DNA of 63,792 nucleotides, filler included, from Octopus bimaculoides (GCF_001194135.2; 6 parts of 5 records of this genome joined end to end with filler, not necessarily neighbours in it); one strand, 5' to 3'. Counted from the first letter of the whole stretch, positions 38,229 to 51,369 are shown. The notes: generated from the sequence alone by a model not told the origin. Made by a program: numbers and translations.

Positions 38229-40849
38229 GTGGCAAAAAGTGTTTTAGAAAACAGACAACTATAAGGTAAAAACACAAGCAGAAATCAGAAGATTGATAAA
38301 TATTATAAATTCCATTTTTGCAGTTTTGCCTTTGAAGATAATGAAGTTTATTCCATTCAACTAGATGTTCAATAGCATTCTAGCACTTGTTAGCAAAATG
38401 ATTCATAAATGTTTTCAGATTTTCTTGGAACCTCCTCTTCCTGACTTTGTTTGTATTATGCATTTCCTTCCTTTGAAATTCATATAAATATATAATATAA
38501 ATAAATATTTTCCTTTAACATCACTCCTTTAACTGGTTTCTTCGAGCATCCTGAGTTTTCTGGTTTTAGCCAACATATCAACTGAACATTGTGCTTAGAT
38601 GATCAAGGAGAAATGAAATTGAGATGTTAAGCCAAGATGCGAACAAATAGTACTTCCTTTAAAGGCTAAAGGAAGATGGTTGCTTATATGCTATATATAT
38701 TTACACTAATTGTTTGCTTGTTCTTGTAGAGCACCAAGTGAGATAGATTTACAATCTGAAACCAAGTAGTAATTATAGATGATGATATTGAATCATTAAC
38801 TATTAGAAAGTGAAAACAAGGAATTATGTGGATTTACTTTGATTTGAAGAAACAGATAAGAGTTTCCAACACCTGTATAGTAGTTTTGAGAGAAATACTG
38901 ATTTTTTTAAGCTGCAACCACTTTCAATATAGGTTATATTTTTAACAAATATATTTATATTTGTATAACTTGTTAATGATCTGAATAAGTATGAAATTGT
39001 ATCATGACTCATGAAATACTATCATAACCAGTTCTCTTTATCTTTATTTTTTGTTAAAAATACTAAGTATAAAACTTTTATATATCCCTTTGAAATATCT
39101 TATATTACATATGCAAATTATGAAAACACGTAACTAAGAGTGTTTAAAACTATTTGACAACATTTATTTTCCAAATGGATATGATTTTCTTAATCTTAAT
39201 CGACTTTCTTTTGGAATATTGTAGGGCAATTTCCTTTCTATTCATAGTTTAGTGTAACTTATATAACAGGAGAATTTTCTCCATATAATCTTGATTTGAT
39301 TATTGCAACTGAGCTCTCTCTCTCTCTCGTTGATTGTCAAACAACCTGTCTTTCAGTTTTCTCTCTCTCTCCTTCTCATTCATATAAAATGTGAAGGTGT
39401 TGATTATTTTGATAAAATTAACTTTTATAAAATACAGTTTAAATTAAATGTTTCTAATGTTTATCTTAAAGTTAAAAAGACTATTATTTTATTATATTTC
39501 CTTTCATAAACTTCAAATTATGTTCAGGAATACATTCCTAATATTCCCTTGGTGCAACAATTCAATAAGTAAGACATTAAACCTTAAATTGAAAATACTA
39601 CAGCTCCAAACAAAGGGTTGAAATATTGGGTTATTCTTTAGTTAATAAAAATCAGTTTCTAACCAAAACTTCACTTTAAAATATTTCCTTTAATTCTAAT
39701 TTTCTAATTTTATTTTAGAGCATTATTCATCACTAATAATGTTGTTAATGTAATCCTTGCCAATATTAGCCTAACATTTAGTTTCTTTTTTATCTCTAAG
39801 AAGAAAGGAGGTAGAGTCCATGAACTTTTCCAGGGCTTTGAGATTGATGGGAGGGAAAGAAGAAGGTGTCTCCAAACTGGAGACCTAAAGTGAATGTTTG
39901 CAACAGAGTGGATTCTGTTAAACACACCCAAGGACCAGGTAGTGGTGTCAAACTAGGTGACAATAGAAATAATTGATCACTCACTTGATTGTGACTCACA
40001 GATTTAACATAATAGATCTGCTGGGATATAATATGATTTGGGGCCATGCCATACATTCTGTCAGAGTGTGCTTAGTGTTTAATTTTGTAATGTAGAGTAT
40101 AGGACATGGAGGAATTTCAACCATGTTTCGTGGTCTGCTACCACAACAGCTCCTTTATAGGATCCAGTTAGCTCAAGACATCATCAGGAGGAACCACATC
40201 CGGTTTCGGCCCCTACTCCTCTACCGTTTTGACATGGCAGGGCCCCCTCCTTTCGGAGGTGTCTTCAGCTCTGGTGTTGGGTGCATGTCTTCTTTCACTG
40301 TTTGTGACTGTTCTAATTCAACTGTGGAATGTCCCTCGCTATGGTTATTTTCCAGGAGGTTCTGGCCACACGTCTTACAGTTCATCAACCTACGTTGTTG
40401 AATTACTTTCTTCTGACATACCTTCCCTTGGTGGACTAGGATCCAGTTAGTTCAAGACATCATCATTATAATACTTATAATTACTTAATAAATTATAATT
40501 AATTATAATTACTTAATAAATTAACTGGGCTTCTGTCTTCACAAGAATAGGATGACAGATATACAATGCAATTCCACCTTTGTGCTACCTATAAAAAATT
40601 ATCAGAAATGTTATTTCCTACTTACTCTCACACTTCAAAATGTTAAGTTTCCTTGTAGGAAATAGCTAAAGCTTTTGACCACACTTTGCATGTTACTCAC
40701 ACACTATGCTAAGAGTAAATAAAAGCGAAAGAAGATTGAATACATTTTGAGTACAAACTGAACAATAGTCAGTTTAAGTTTGGAGATGATAATCAAGAAT
40801 AAAAAAAATACTGGAGTTAGGGACTGTGAAAAAAGAAAGACATGTGGGC

Positions 40850-41630
40850 CCTTAAACTTCATTCAACAAACATAAAGAGCAACAGTTTCTTTAGTAGCAT
40901 AGCTCTATTCATGGACAAATCCCAAGAGAAATAATGTTCTTTACATTAGGAAACATCTTGATTGTGATTTGCATGCTATCTTCTTCACAAAGTCGTCTGT
41001 TCATAAGTTTTATCAGTTTCTTAACTCTTAAATGGATATTTTTTTGTCAGACCACTCCATTGCAGCTTATATGAACAGGGATCTCTTTGAATGACATTCT
41101 ATCAACTGTTTTATCAAACAGGGTTTAATTAAATCTCTTACACTTTTCATGCCCTGCATTAACAATCTGCTTGCTGTATTTTCTAACCACATACACTCCT
41201 ATGCAGATGAGATCACTCTTCCTTTATCAATAACTTAGAAGATACCTGAACATGTGTTACTTTTATAAGCAGATAACTTGAAAAATATCCTCCATTGGAA
41301 CATAACAACTTAGCTTCCTTCAAAAGTAGTAAGACATGCACTCTACATATCAAACAAACATTATGATATTATATAATTCTCTATTTATGAACAACACGCA
41401 ACTAAAATCTTCACTAACTTAAAAATGCTAAACTTTTCATTGCGATGACCTTTCATGGTATACTATAGTCAAATCTACATCTCAAAAATTAGGTTTTTTC
41501 CTCAGAATCAGAAAATATTTTACCTGTAGACAATTGCCAGCCATAAAAAAGTGCAGCTTCTATTAAAGTACTGTTTACACATTAGGGGACAGCACATCTA
41601 CTATTGCAAACATTGTAGATGACATCTAAA
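40850..41630 (+). pseudogene. old CR1/L2-type LINE reverse transcriptase relic
   Basis: FLSDHSIA...HSINCFIKQGLIKSLTLFMPCINNLL...IHSYADEITL, then KLGFFLRIRKYF and KYCLHIRG. Compare SGVPQGSVLSPTLF..FINDL, YADD and LEYCSHIWGG. Many stops and frameshifts. Confidence 0.75.
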
Positions 41631-43482
41631 AATGGATCATATGATTGATTGGCAAGCTTGTTACCCTCTTTTGTTCATTCTACAAGTTTTTTGTTCCTTT
41701 TATCAAGGAAGTTGCATCCTAAGTCTAACAAATGTACTTACCTCTTCACCTCTCATCATCCTTATCATCAGTGATACCTTCACTTCTTATTAAGCACCTT
41801 CCCCAATCTTTTCCAAATAAAAGTATAGATATGACATAGTCACTGAGAACAGGAAAATAATCCTATCTATTTTTCCTCGCCGTTCAACTTTCTGATTCTA
41901 CACTTACTTCTTTCATCCTTGGGTTCTTTTTCTCTCACCCAAACCTCCACTTTTTGTTAACTATCTAATCTGTCTCCTTACCAAATCAACCCTTCTGCAT
42001 CAGTTTTCTTTTCCTTCATTTCCTTATTCTCACATGAAGAACAAGAGTGACGAAACATTAAATTCAATCCTTCTCATGGCAAACAAACCTATTCTTCTTA
42101 CCTTCCTATCAACTGATTGTAACTGAAGTTGACAATCCTGGAAGCCATTTGGAAATTATTACCATGGTAAACAATAATATGGTGTGTAAAAATATAATAT
42201 TTAAATACTTAAAAAAAATTTTAATTAAAAGAATAGAATTACTGATATGTATTTATGTTTTCAAATAATTCATCATTACCAAAGTTTATTTTAATTAAAA
42301 TTTCAGCAATATTGGAGATTGGTGTATTAAATTATGAAATACTTTCATTATTGAATATTTTCCTTCTTTTGATACTTTCATTAGTATTGAATATCTTTCC
42401 ATTTAAATATAAACATATATCGTTATTATTCCATGTATTTGATAACATATTGTTAACACTGTAAGAATTTTCTGTATTCCACTAATCCTCTTGCATACAA
42501 ATAAAGTATCGAGTCTTTTTGGTGTCATGCCAATGAAAAATTGAAGCAGATCAATATCAGAATAACTATTTGATAGTTATTTGAAAGAATTTGTGTGGAA
42601 ACGGTACAATGGCACATTTAAGCATGGTGTAGTGGTTGAACATTTGAAAACATTCTCATTCCTGTACATACACAATACATTCTCTTTAAATGTTTATTTA
42701 TATCATTGATTTGTTGTTCTTAGATTAAAAATATAACTTATACTTTTTATAATATAAAACATTTTATGTTTATTTCCATTGATTTGCTGTTCTCTGTATA
42801 AATTTAATTTCAAATATTTGAATTACTGATTGTTTATGTCTGCACTTCAGTATAAATGTTTATATCTAAAAAAGGTAAATGTATTCAATAAAGAAATTCT
42901 TCATAGAATGAAAGTATTTGATAATGAAAGTATGACATAATTTGCTACACTAATATCCACTACCATCAACATTATCGAACTGTTGCTAATATCTTTTTTT
43001 TTGCTGAATTTGAAATTTTTTATACAGAACTGGTGGTTAAAATTTTGGCAGCGTAATGAAATGGTTATTGAAATTTTGTGAGCTCACCATCGAGAGTAGG
43101 TATTTGTAGATACTTGAGATTATAGGTTGTAAAGCTGTGAATATGCACACAGGGTTGCTTATATATAATGTGGTGAAGATTTTGGTTTGATTTTCATCAA
43201 AAGCCAGAGATCTTATGAATATTAGATTCATAAAATGTATGTGATACAGGGTCCATTTTAAGGTTTTGGGTATGAACATGTATGTTACAATATTCTTCAG
43301 GATGAAGGTGCATACTTAAAATTAAATTAAAAAAATCTGAGTCATCAAAAGGACACTTTACCCTGCACTGCTGGCCCTCTTGACCCCTCTGGGATCCCCT
43401 TTCATTAATCTTGAATAGAGTTTTACCATATGCCTAATTCCTAGAACCCATTTCCATCACTGGGTGTATCTATACGAGGGAA

Positions 43483-43546
<64 letters not shown>

Positions 43547-44239
43547 GGTAACTATTAATTAAATGCAGAATTGTGTTTTATGTAATTAGTTTTCATTTAA
43601 GTGGCTTCTTGGTTTATTCTATGGCTGACACTCTGTAATCAGTGCTGCACAGAAGAAGAATGATAATGTCATGAAGTTTGGGAAATATTTATTTCAATAA
43701 ATCTTTGTTAGATAATGACTGAATGCAGTATTTCTTATTGAAAGCTTAGAAGAAAACAGTTTGGTTTTTTTTAATTTCTACAAAAGTATGCTCTGCTTTG
43801 TAGCTTTTAGATTTGAATGGTCCTGATATGAAAAATGTCAAAAATATGCTACTTTTCTATGAAATATGATGTTACTAAATATTGCAATTTATGGGAATGG
43901 TAGCCTCTTTTTCATTGTTGCATTTGCAACCATATCAATGGATTTTGGTTCTTTGATAATCCAAAATAAATACTGGTGCAGTTTATCAACTGTAACACTT
44001 CCAAAATTTAATCATAACTGACAAGTTAGGAAAAAAACCAATCAAACAAGCATATATTGCTGGATCTCGTTTCCCAGCAAATAAAATTCATTTATTTTTA
44101 AGACAAATAAAAATATAAACATTTATAATACTCTCATTAGAGAGTTACAAATTCTGCATTCAGGTAATTTGTACCCATTTTCACCTGTGTTGATTGGGGT
44201 ACACAGGTATGTGACTGAGTAACTCAACTCTGGCTTTAA

Positions 44240-44458
44240 CCCTTTAACATTCAGATTACTTACTCAGATGTGATAGTTATTTATTCACGTTGTTTTGAAT
44301 TAACCACGTATTATCTCGTAGCATTGAGATTTCGATAATGTGACTGCATATTCTAAAATGACATTGTAGAGTCAGTGTGAGAGGCCAGATCTGGCCAGTT
44401 TCAACACAAAACAAGTAGAATATTCGGACTGGATATGACTGGTTTAAATGTTGAATGG
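44240..44458. mobile_element. piggyBac-type MITE
   Basis: TTAA on both sides (44236-44239 and 44459-44462). Degenerate TIRs CCCTTTAACATT and AATGTTGAATGG. Confidence 0.8.
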
Positions 44459-45327
44459 TTAAGGAAATGGCTTTCACAGTAACTAAGCCGAGGCAATTGA
44501 CCCTGAAATGTCAATTTTGGAAATGCAATGAGATGAACAGTATTTTTCAAAGTTTTATAAGTTTAATCTCGGAGTATTTGTACAATTCAATGAGTGCTTG
44601 TACCTTCATTTCATAAAGATTAAAGTATATGCATACATTTCATTTATATACTTCATTAAGAATCTACTCTTGTTTTGCAACAAATGAAAACCCCAAACAC
44701 AATAAAATGTCTATACCCCCAAAGCAGACATAGTAAGAAGGATAATATTTACAGGATGCTGTTTTAGAACCTGCAATTCCCATACTCTGATTACAAATTT
44801 CCATTTATGTGTATAATATTGGATATTTTGTATTTGAAACATTACCCAATAGAAGAAGCTAAGTTTCTTGGATAAGCAAAATTAGAAAAATACAATCTAT
44901 TTTATCTTGTACAAATTTAATTTGCAAACAGGACAGTAATGAGTTTCAAGAATATTTTTTGAGGTTCAGACTCTGAGTCTACCAAGATATTATCTAAATT
45001 TGAAGAAGGGTATCGTCTTTCTTAGATGTCAACTGTTTTTTATAGAAACAATAGTATTCTAATTTTATTTACAATTATAATTTCTGAATATTAATTGCAT
45101 CAATCTGGCTAGTTTGAAGGGATCTGTAATGGCTATGTGTACTGTTAATTTTGCTTGGTTTGAATATAAAACAATACAGTTTTTCAAATGGCCACAAAAA
45201 ACCTATAAATCATCCTTAGACTGAGCAAATATATTTCATGTGGATCCCAGAAAGGAGAGAATAACAGTAAAATAATCAATGTTTGGTATACAGATTGTCA
45301 CAAAGAATATTATTATTATTATGATAA

Positions 45328-45391
<64 letters not shown>

Positions 45392-45738
45392 GTGTGAGAC
45401 AAAAACAAAAAAGAAACAAAAAACAATAAATGTAATGGCCAGGAAGAGTAAACTTGCATCAAAATTGCAATCTTGAAATTCGATACAACATTCTCCTAAA
45501 CAGCTGTCCCTCACATATCTGTTTGCAATCCAACCATGACTTGTATATACCCACAACTACTCTCCATTAAGTTTCTTTTCTTCATACAGTCACTGTGTAG
45601 AATACATGTTCTTTTTTCAGCTTATAACCATTTTGTTTTTGAAGTACTAATCAAGAAACTTGATATCTTTTCTTCTTTATGAAACTTATCTAAGTGAAAT
45701 TTATACTATGTTATATACTGCAATACAGTATACTAGAG

Positions 45739-46025
45739 CAGGGGTTTTCAAACTTTTGACCCCTTTATATTTCAGGCTTTACCTTAGGGGCCCCCTTATA
45801 AATGCTTATGAAATTTATACATAAATATTTGCTTAAAATAACATTGATTTTTACATTTATTTATTTAACAGTATTTAACAAATAGGTTTATTGTCAATTA
45901 AAAGATTTCGATTAAAAAACATATATAAAATCAAATTGCCCATAAAAAGTATTTGCTGTCCACGGACCCCTGTCTTGTCCTTGCGGACCCCTTGTGGTCC
46001 GCGGACCACAGTTTGAAAACCCCTG
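45739..46025. mobile_element. hAT (Charlie/Buster-type) MITE, young
   Basis: Perfect 16-bp TIR CAGGGGTTTTCAAACT, perfect 8-bp TSD TACTAGAG (NNNTANNN), subterminal GGACC motifs, CpGs retained. Confidence 0.95.
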
Positions 46026-46276
46026 TACTAGAGCACTATCCCATCATAATGTTTTATTATAACTTTAGTTATATTCAATATTACATTGAGTTTTAAAGTT
46101 TAATTCTATCAAGTCCCTGTTACTTTTAACCTACTACTTAACATTTCTTCACAACATAACATTTTTGCTTGAGCATTTTGTTTTTATTGTATCAATAATG
46201 CAACTTCTGATGTTTCCTCAACAAATATTTAATTTTAGGATAGAATTATAACAATTAATAATCCCATCGTAATCTT

Positions 46277-46825
46277 CATCATCATCATGACCGTCATTAA
46301 ACGTCCTCCTTCCAAGCTGGCATGGGTTGGATTGTTTGACAGGAGCTGACTAGGCAGAAGCCTGCACCGTATTCTATGTCTGACTAGCTCCTATGCTGGT
46401 GGCATGTAAAAAGCACTATCCGAATGTGATCAATGCCAAAGCCGCCTGACTGGCTCCCATGCCAGTGGCATGTAAAAAGCACTATCTGAACGTGATCGAT
46501 GCCAGGGCTGTCTGAATGGCTCCTATACTGGTGGCACATAAAAAGCACCATCTGAATGTGGCCGATGCCAGTGCCCCCTGACTGGCTCCCATGCCGGTGG
46601 CATGTAAAAAGCACTATTTGAACATGATTGATGCTAGGCCCGCTTGACTGGCTCTTGTTCTGTAAAAAGCACCCACTACACTCTCAGAGTGGTTGGCATT
46701 AGGAAGGGCATCTAGCTGTAGAAACATTGCCAGATCAGATTGGAGCCTGGTGCAGCAACTGGCTTTCCAGACCTCAGTCAAACCGTCCAACCTATGCCAG
46801 CATGGAAAACAAATGTTAAACGATT
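46277..46825. mobile_element. composite SINE locus: inverted LINE-type tails flanking a 66-bp tandem array
   Basis: The left end is the reverse complement of the tail GTCAAACCGTCCAACC.ATGCCAGCATGGAA seen at the right end. It also contains GGTTGGCATTAGGAAGGGCATC.AGCTGTAGAAAC. Confidence 0.8.
46380..46674 (+). repeat. 66-bp tandem repeat x4.4
   Basis: Units start at 46380, 46446, 46512, 46578 and 46644, with core GTGGCAYRTAAAAAGCAC. Confidence 0.95.
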
Positions 46826-46892
46826 TTCTCGACTAAAGGCGGTGCTCCAACATGGCCGCAGTCAAATGACTGAAACAAGTAAAAGAGTAAAG
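46826..46892 (+). mobile_element. SINE 3' tail (CORE-like family)
   Basis: CGACTAAAGGCGGTGCTCCAACATGGCCGCAGTCAAATGACTGAAACAAGTAAAAGAG. Confidence 0.85.
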
Positions 46893-47766
46893 AGAGAGAG
46901 AGATGATGATGATGATGATGATGTTTTGGCATGTTTTTTTTTTATGGCCCTTTCTAACACCAGCCACTCTGCAGAGTGGGCTAAGTGCTTTTCATGTGGC
47001 ACCAGCACAAGTGAAGTCATTTATATATGTATCTATAAATAGAAAATTAGTCCTACTGTTTCTATGATGAAGTAAAACTTTGCATACTTGCATGAAAATT
47101 CACATTTCAAAATCAGTGGTTTGATATTATATTGACACAGTTAATATATCTGGTAATTTCTAATTGTCTCTTTTAATTCATTCATTTTACTAAATTTCTT
47201 TCTATAATGTTGCTCAAATTGTTTACACATCTTCTATTATCACAGTAAATATGTGAACAAAAAGGAATGGATATTCCTTTTGATAAAATAAATGCATCAT
47301 TATAGTCTTTATGATTTAGATAGAGATTTTTCTGCTAAACAAGAATCCAGACTAATTCTATTGTAGTTTTAGTAGGTATACAATTTTACTGAAGACTAGT
47401 CAGTAAATTGTAGCAACTCAATATTTAAAACCACACAGTATTTGAATTATTTTTAAAGGTTAAAGCATATGCTGTCCAGGTGAAAAGAGAAGGAGTTATA
47501 GAGGTTGAGGGTATGGTTGGTGACTTTAATGTGTGAGGGTAAAGCAGGGATGAAAGATAATATTTTATCAAGGTACGCAAAGAGAAGTTTGGTTAGGCAG
47601 TTATGTCACCCCCCCCCCAAAAAAAAAACACCACCACTACCACCGTCATCATCACTCCTGGACATTGTCTTAAGTTAAATCCTAGGACTCATAGGGCTAG
47701 TTATCTAGTTTACATGCATGTAAGTGAATGAGATCACAACATTGCCCCTAAATGGGACACCAATCC

Positions 47767-48275
47767 GGTACTAAGACAAAATCCCCACCAAGGACAAATT
47801 CTCCACTGGACAAAATCCCTGCCACCCAGAAAAAATCCCCAAGCAGTCAATATCCCCCAGGATATTGTTCTTTCTTTATAATAAAAAATATTTTAGGAAA
47901 GTGAAATTATATAAAAACACTTTACCATCATGAGTGATATCCAAACTACGGCGGAGAAGGCTAGCCACTGGATTTGGTTAAAAAGAGACGATGAGCGATG
48001 GCTAGAGAAATATTGGGCTTTATTTAATAACCAATTGATCTAGCAAGCAGGCCCTCATATCAGTGAGGGGTGAGGGGCGGTGCGCATTGATGCCGTCGAG
48101 AGGTAGGCCCTGAAATGGCGCGCATTCTCTCCTGATGACCCCACACACTTGCTGGCTTCCGGTGTGCGGAGTTCTCGACTGGTAGTACTTGCATGTGTGA
48201 GTTGTTTGCAAGACATATTTTTGTGCAAAATTTGTCCAGGAGGGCTTTGTTCTTGAGGGATTTTGACCTGATACC
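47767..48275. mobile_element. non-autonomous Mutator/MULE-type element
   Basis: Perfect 9-bp TSD CACCAATCC (47758-47766 and 48276-48284). Imperfect TIRs of about 48 bp begin GGTA and carry repeated GACAAAATCCC motifs. It is inserted in an older SINE. Confidence 0.88.
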
Positions 48276-48699
48276 CACCAATCCATCACAAGGTTTTCAC
48301 TTTTACAACTGAATGGACTGGAACAATGTAAAATGAAGGGTTTTACTGAAGGACACAATGCCCTGCATGGTCCAGGAAATGAAACCACAATCTTGCAACC
48401 CTAACACTACACATCGAAGACATCAACCCTCACACATCAAAGGTACCAACCGTGCCCTAAACCTCTTCAATTCATTCTCTTTTCCACAAGGACAATCAAA
48501 GCTCCTTTTCATTATGGACTCAATTTCCATGGGCTCTACTTTATCTAATGTAAATACTTTTGAGCAGAGACAAATTAACGGTGAGCTGAACCATTTTTGA
48601 CACCAGTTTGCACTCTTGTCGAAGATATGATTACTACAATTTACAAGTTTTTAAATGACCTAACAGATATAAAAATAATTACAATTGGTCCATCATCAC

Positions 48700-48961
48700 T
48701 ATCTATCATCATTGTTTTTGCATACACTTTTCCATGTTCACATGAGTTAAACAGAATTTGTTGAGGCAAATTTTCTACAGTTGGTTGTCCTTCCTGTCAC
48801 CAATCCCTGTTTCCCAGTAAGGTGATATTTCTCTATTGCCAAATATAATTTCATGCTTTTTTTGGAATTGAAGGACACTTTTTTCTATGATGCCAATGCT
48901 CATTAATAACTATCATGCAATGGATGTCAAGACAAAGGACACTAACAAACACACTCACCCA

Positions 48962-48992
<31 letters not shown>

Positions 48993-49160
48993 TCATGCAC
49001 ACATGCATGTACGTACACACACACACACACACACACACACGATGAGCTTCTTTCAACTTCTGTCATTTACCAAATCCACTCTTGATGCTTTAATTAACCT
49101 GGGGCTATAGTAGAAAACATTTACTTAAGATGCTACACAGTGGGACTGAACCCAAAACCA
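48700..49160 (-). mobile_element. degraded SINE (CORE-like head, CA microsatellite, LINE-type tail)
   Basis: Head reverse complement at 49041-49160, homologous to 14085-14210, with CpG decay. Confidence 0.75.
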
Positions 49161-51051
49161 TCTACCTATGGATAGATATTATATGAAAGGAATTTTAGGC
49201 CAAAACAAATGGATTAATGACTACAATTTTATTTTACAAGTCATACAAATATGATACAAATGTTTCTTACAAACCATAGAAAAAAGTGGCATAAAGTCAT
49301 TTGCATAATGGTTCAAAGTTGATGACTGGATGTTGGATTATGAGAAGAAGTTGATCTTACAAGTTATACAAATGTAATATAATGTTTCTTATGAACCATA
49401 AAAGGAATTGGCAACAAACTGTAACTGGCATAATGTCATTTACATAACAGTATAAGATTGATTGCTGGGTTTTAATTAGAAATATACCAGCACAGCATTG
49501 TTATGAATAAATGTGAATATGGAATTCATATACAATAGGTATAATAAACTTAGACTTGTTGGGAGAATATAACCTGTGAATAAATTGCATGTTCTTCAAC
49601 AGCTGACACTTAATATCATCCAGTTAGTTTTGTCTTTTCTAAAACACATAAAACATTACTTATCTCACATCTCAGTAGCCAAAATTACAGAGAATATATC
49701 TTCCTATAGTAAATATAAACAAACTGTTACTGGTGTGAAGTCATTTACATAATGGTACAAGGTTGATGGCTGAGATTTAAGAACAGAAGTACCAGCACAG
49801 TATGGTTATGAATAAATATGTACGTGAACAACATATTGCTCTTGAAATCATTTATCTGACTAAGATCGTGTGATACATTTACAATTTATATTTTCACTGA
49901 GTCCAAATATATGTTTATTAAAGATGTATATGATTTCTGCCTACTTGTTTACTTATAACCAATATGTGTAGGTACTTTTGTTATTAAAACCTTGCATTCA
50001 ACCCATACAATTATACAAATGACTTTACTGAGTAATTGTTTATATTTTTAATGAGGAGATATAGTTTTTGTAATTTTACCAGTTGAAAGGTGAGATAAGT
50101 AACCCAGAATATATCTAAAGAAAAATTAAATTAGTTGTATATTTTCTCACAGTAGCTGCTACTACACACACCCACACACATATACGCAGACTCACATAAT
50201 ATTTAAAACTGAAATTTTACATTATCATTATTCCTACTATTGTTTTTGAAATGATGGCTGAGGGTTTTATTTAAAATTACAGACAAATATAGGTGCTGGA
50301 TATTTGTATATTTGGTCAAAGGGAAGCTTTTGAATACTGAGGTTCTAAGACTTAAACTCATGATGTAAAATTTAACATTTAAAATATAATGGTTGGCAAT
50401 GCATTTAAACATAAGGGTGGAGACATATGAGATAAAGTAAGGAACTACATGACAAAGATGCATGCATGATAGTTAGAGGAGTGTAAAAGTGAACAAGAAA
50501 GTGTAAAATGTGTGAATATGCAATTGAACAAATGAAGAAACAAGTAGGGAAGTTAAGGAGAAGAAGAAATAATTGTAAAGAAAGGAAGAAAGAGAGAATT
50601 ACAATTATATGAAATAGAAGAGATAGAAAAATATTAAAAAAAAGCATAAAGTGAAGAGAGACAACATGTACGTTGATGACAGAGATAATAGCTGACTGAT
50701 ATTAAAAAAAAGGTAAAGTGAAAAAGTGTACAGATAACATTAAACAGACAATCTGAGTTCTTTTTCTAATTATGGGTAAAAGAAAATTATTTTGCTAATA
50801 GGTTTCAATTCTTCTGTAAAATCTCTTGGAATAATTCTTGGATAATACAAAGACTGATATAAAATACAGATCAGGAAGAGAAACTTAAGACATTCATGGG
50901 GATATTTATAGAACTTTAGGGAGCTTCCCCAAAATATCAAAGAATATTGAAGAAATTTCACTTAGAAAATACAATAGATTTAACCTGTAGAATAAACTTG
51001 TTCAACTAAAATTACTTCAAAATAATCAGTTACAATCTAAACCTTCTAGAA

Positions 51052-51338
51052 CAGGGCTTCCCAAACACTTTTTACCTATGGACTCCTTTGATTGCTATTT
51101 TATTCTGGTAGACCCCCGTAGCCATGTGATGTTTAAAAACTCGTTTTATAGAAACTTCTTTCAAAATTCCCATTTTGTTTTTCACACATACCAATGCATA
51201 CATTTAAAGCAAAAGTTTCAGGGGCCCTCAAAATACTATTGTGCCCCCACTGCTCCAATTTACTATTTTGCTATGTGGACCCTGCTAAACTTTATATGGA
51301 ACCTCAGGGGCCATATGGACTCTGGTTGAGAACTGCTG
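51052..51338. mobile_element. hAT (Charlie-type) MITE
   Basis: Perfect 8-bp TSD TTCTAGAA. TIRs CAGGGCTTCCCAA and TTGAGAACTGCTG. Same family as 37182-37432. Confidence 0.88.
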
Positions 51339-51369
51339 TTCTAGAAAAAGGTTTGGCAAATTCAACCAC

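Noticed and set aside
46380-46674. CRISPR-like appearance of the 66-bp array
   Set aside because: Whole units are homologous with no unique spacers, there are no cas genes, and the context is a eukaryotic SINE.
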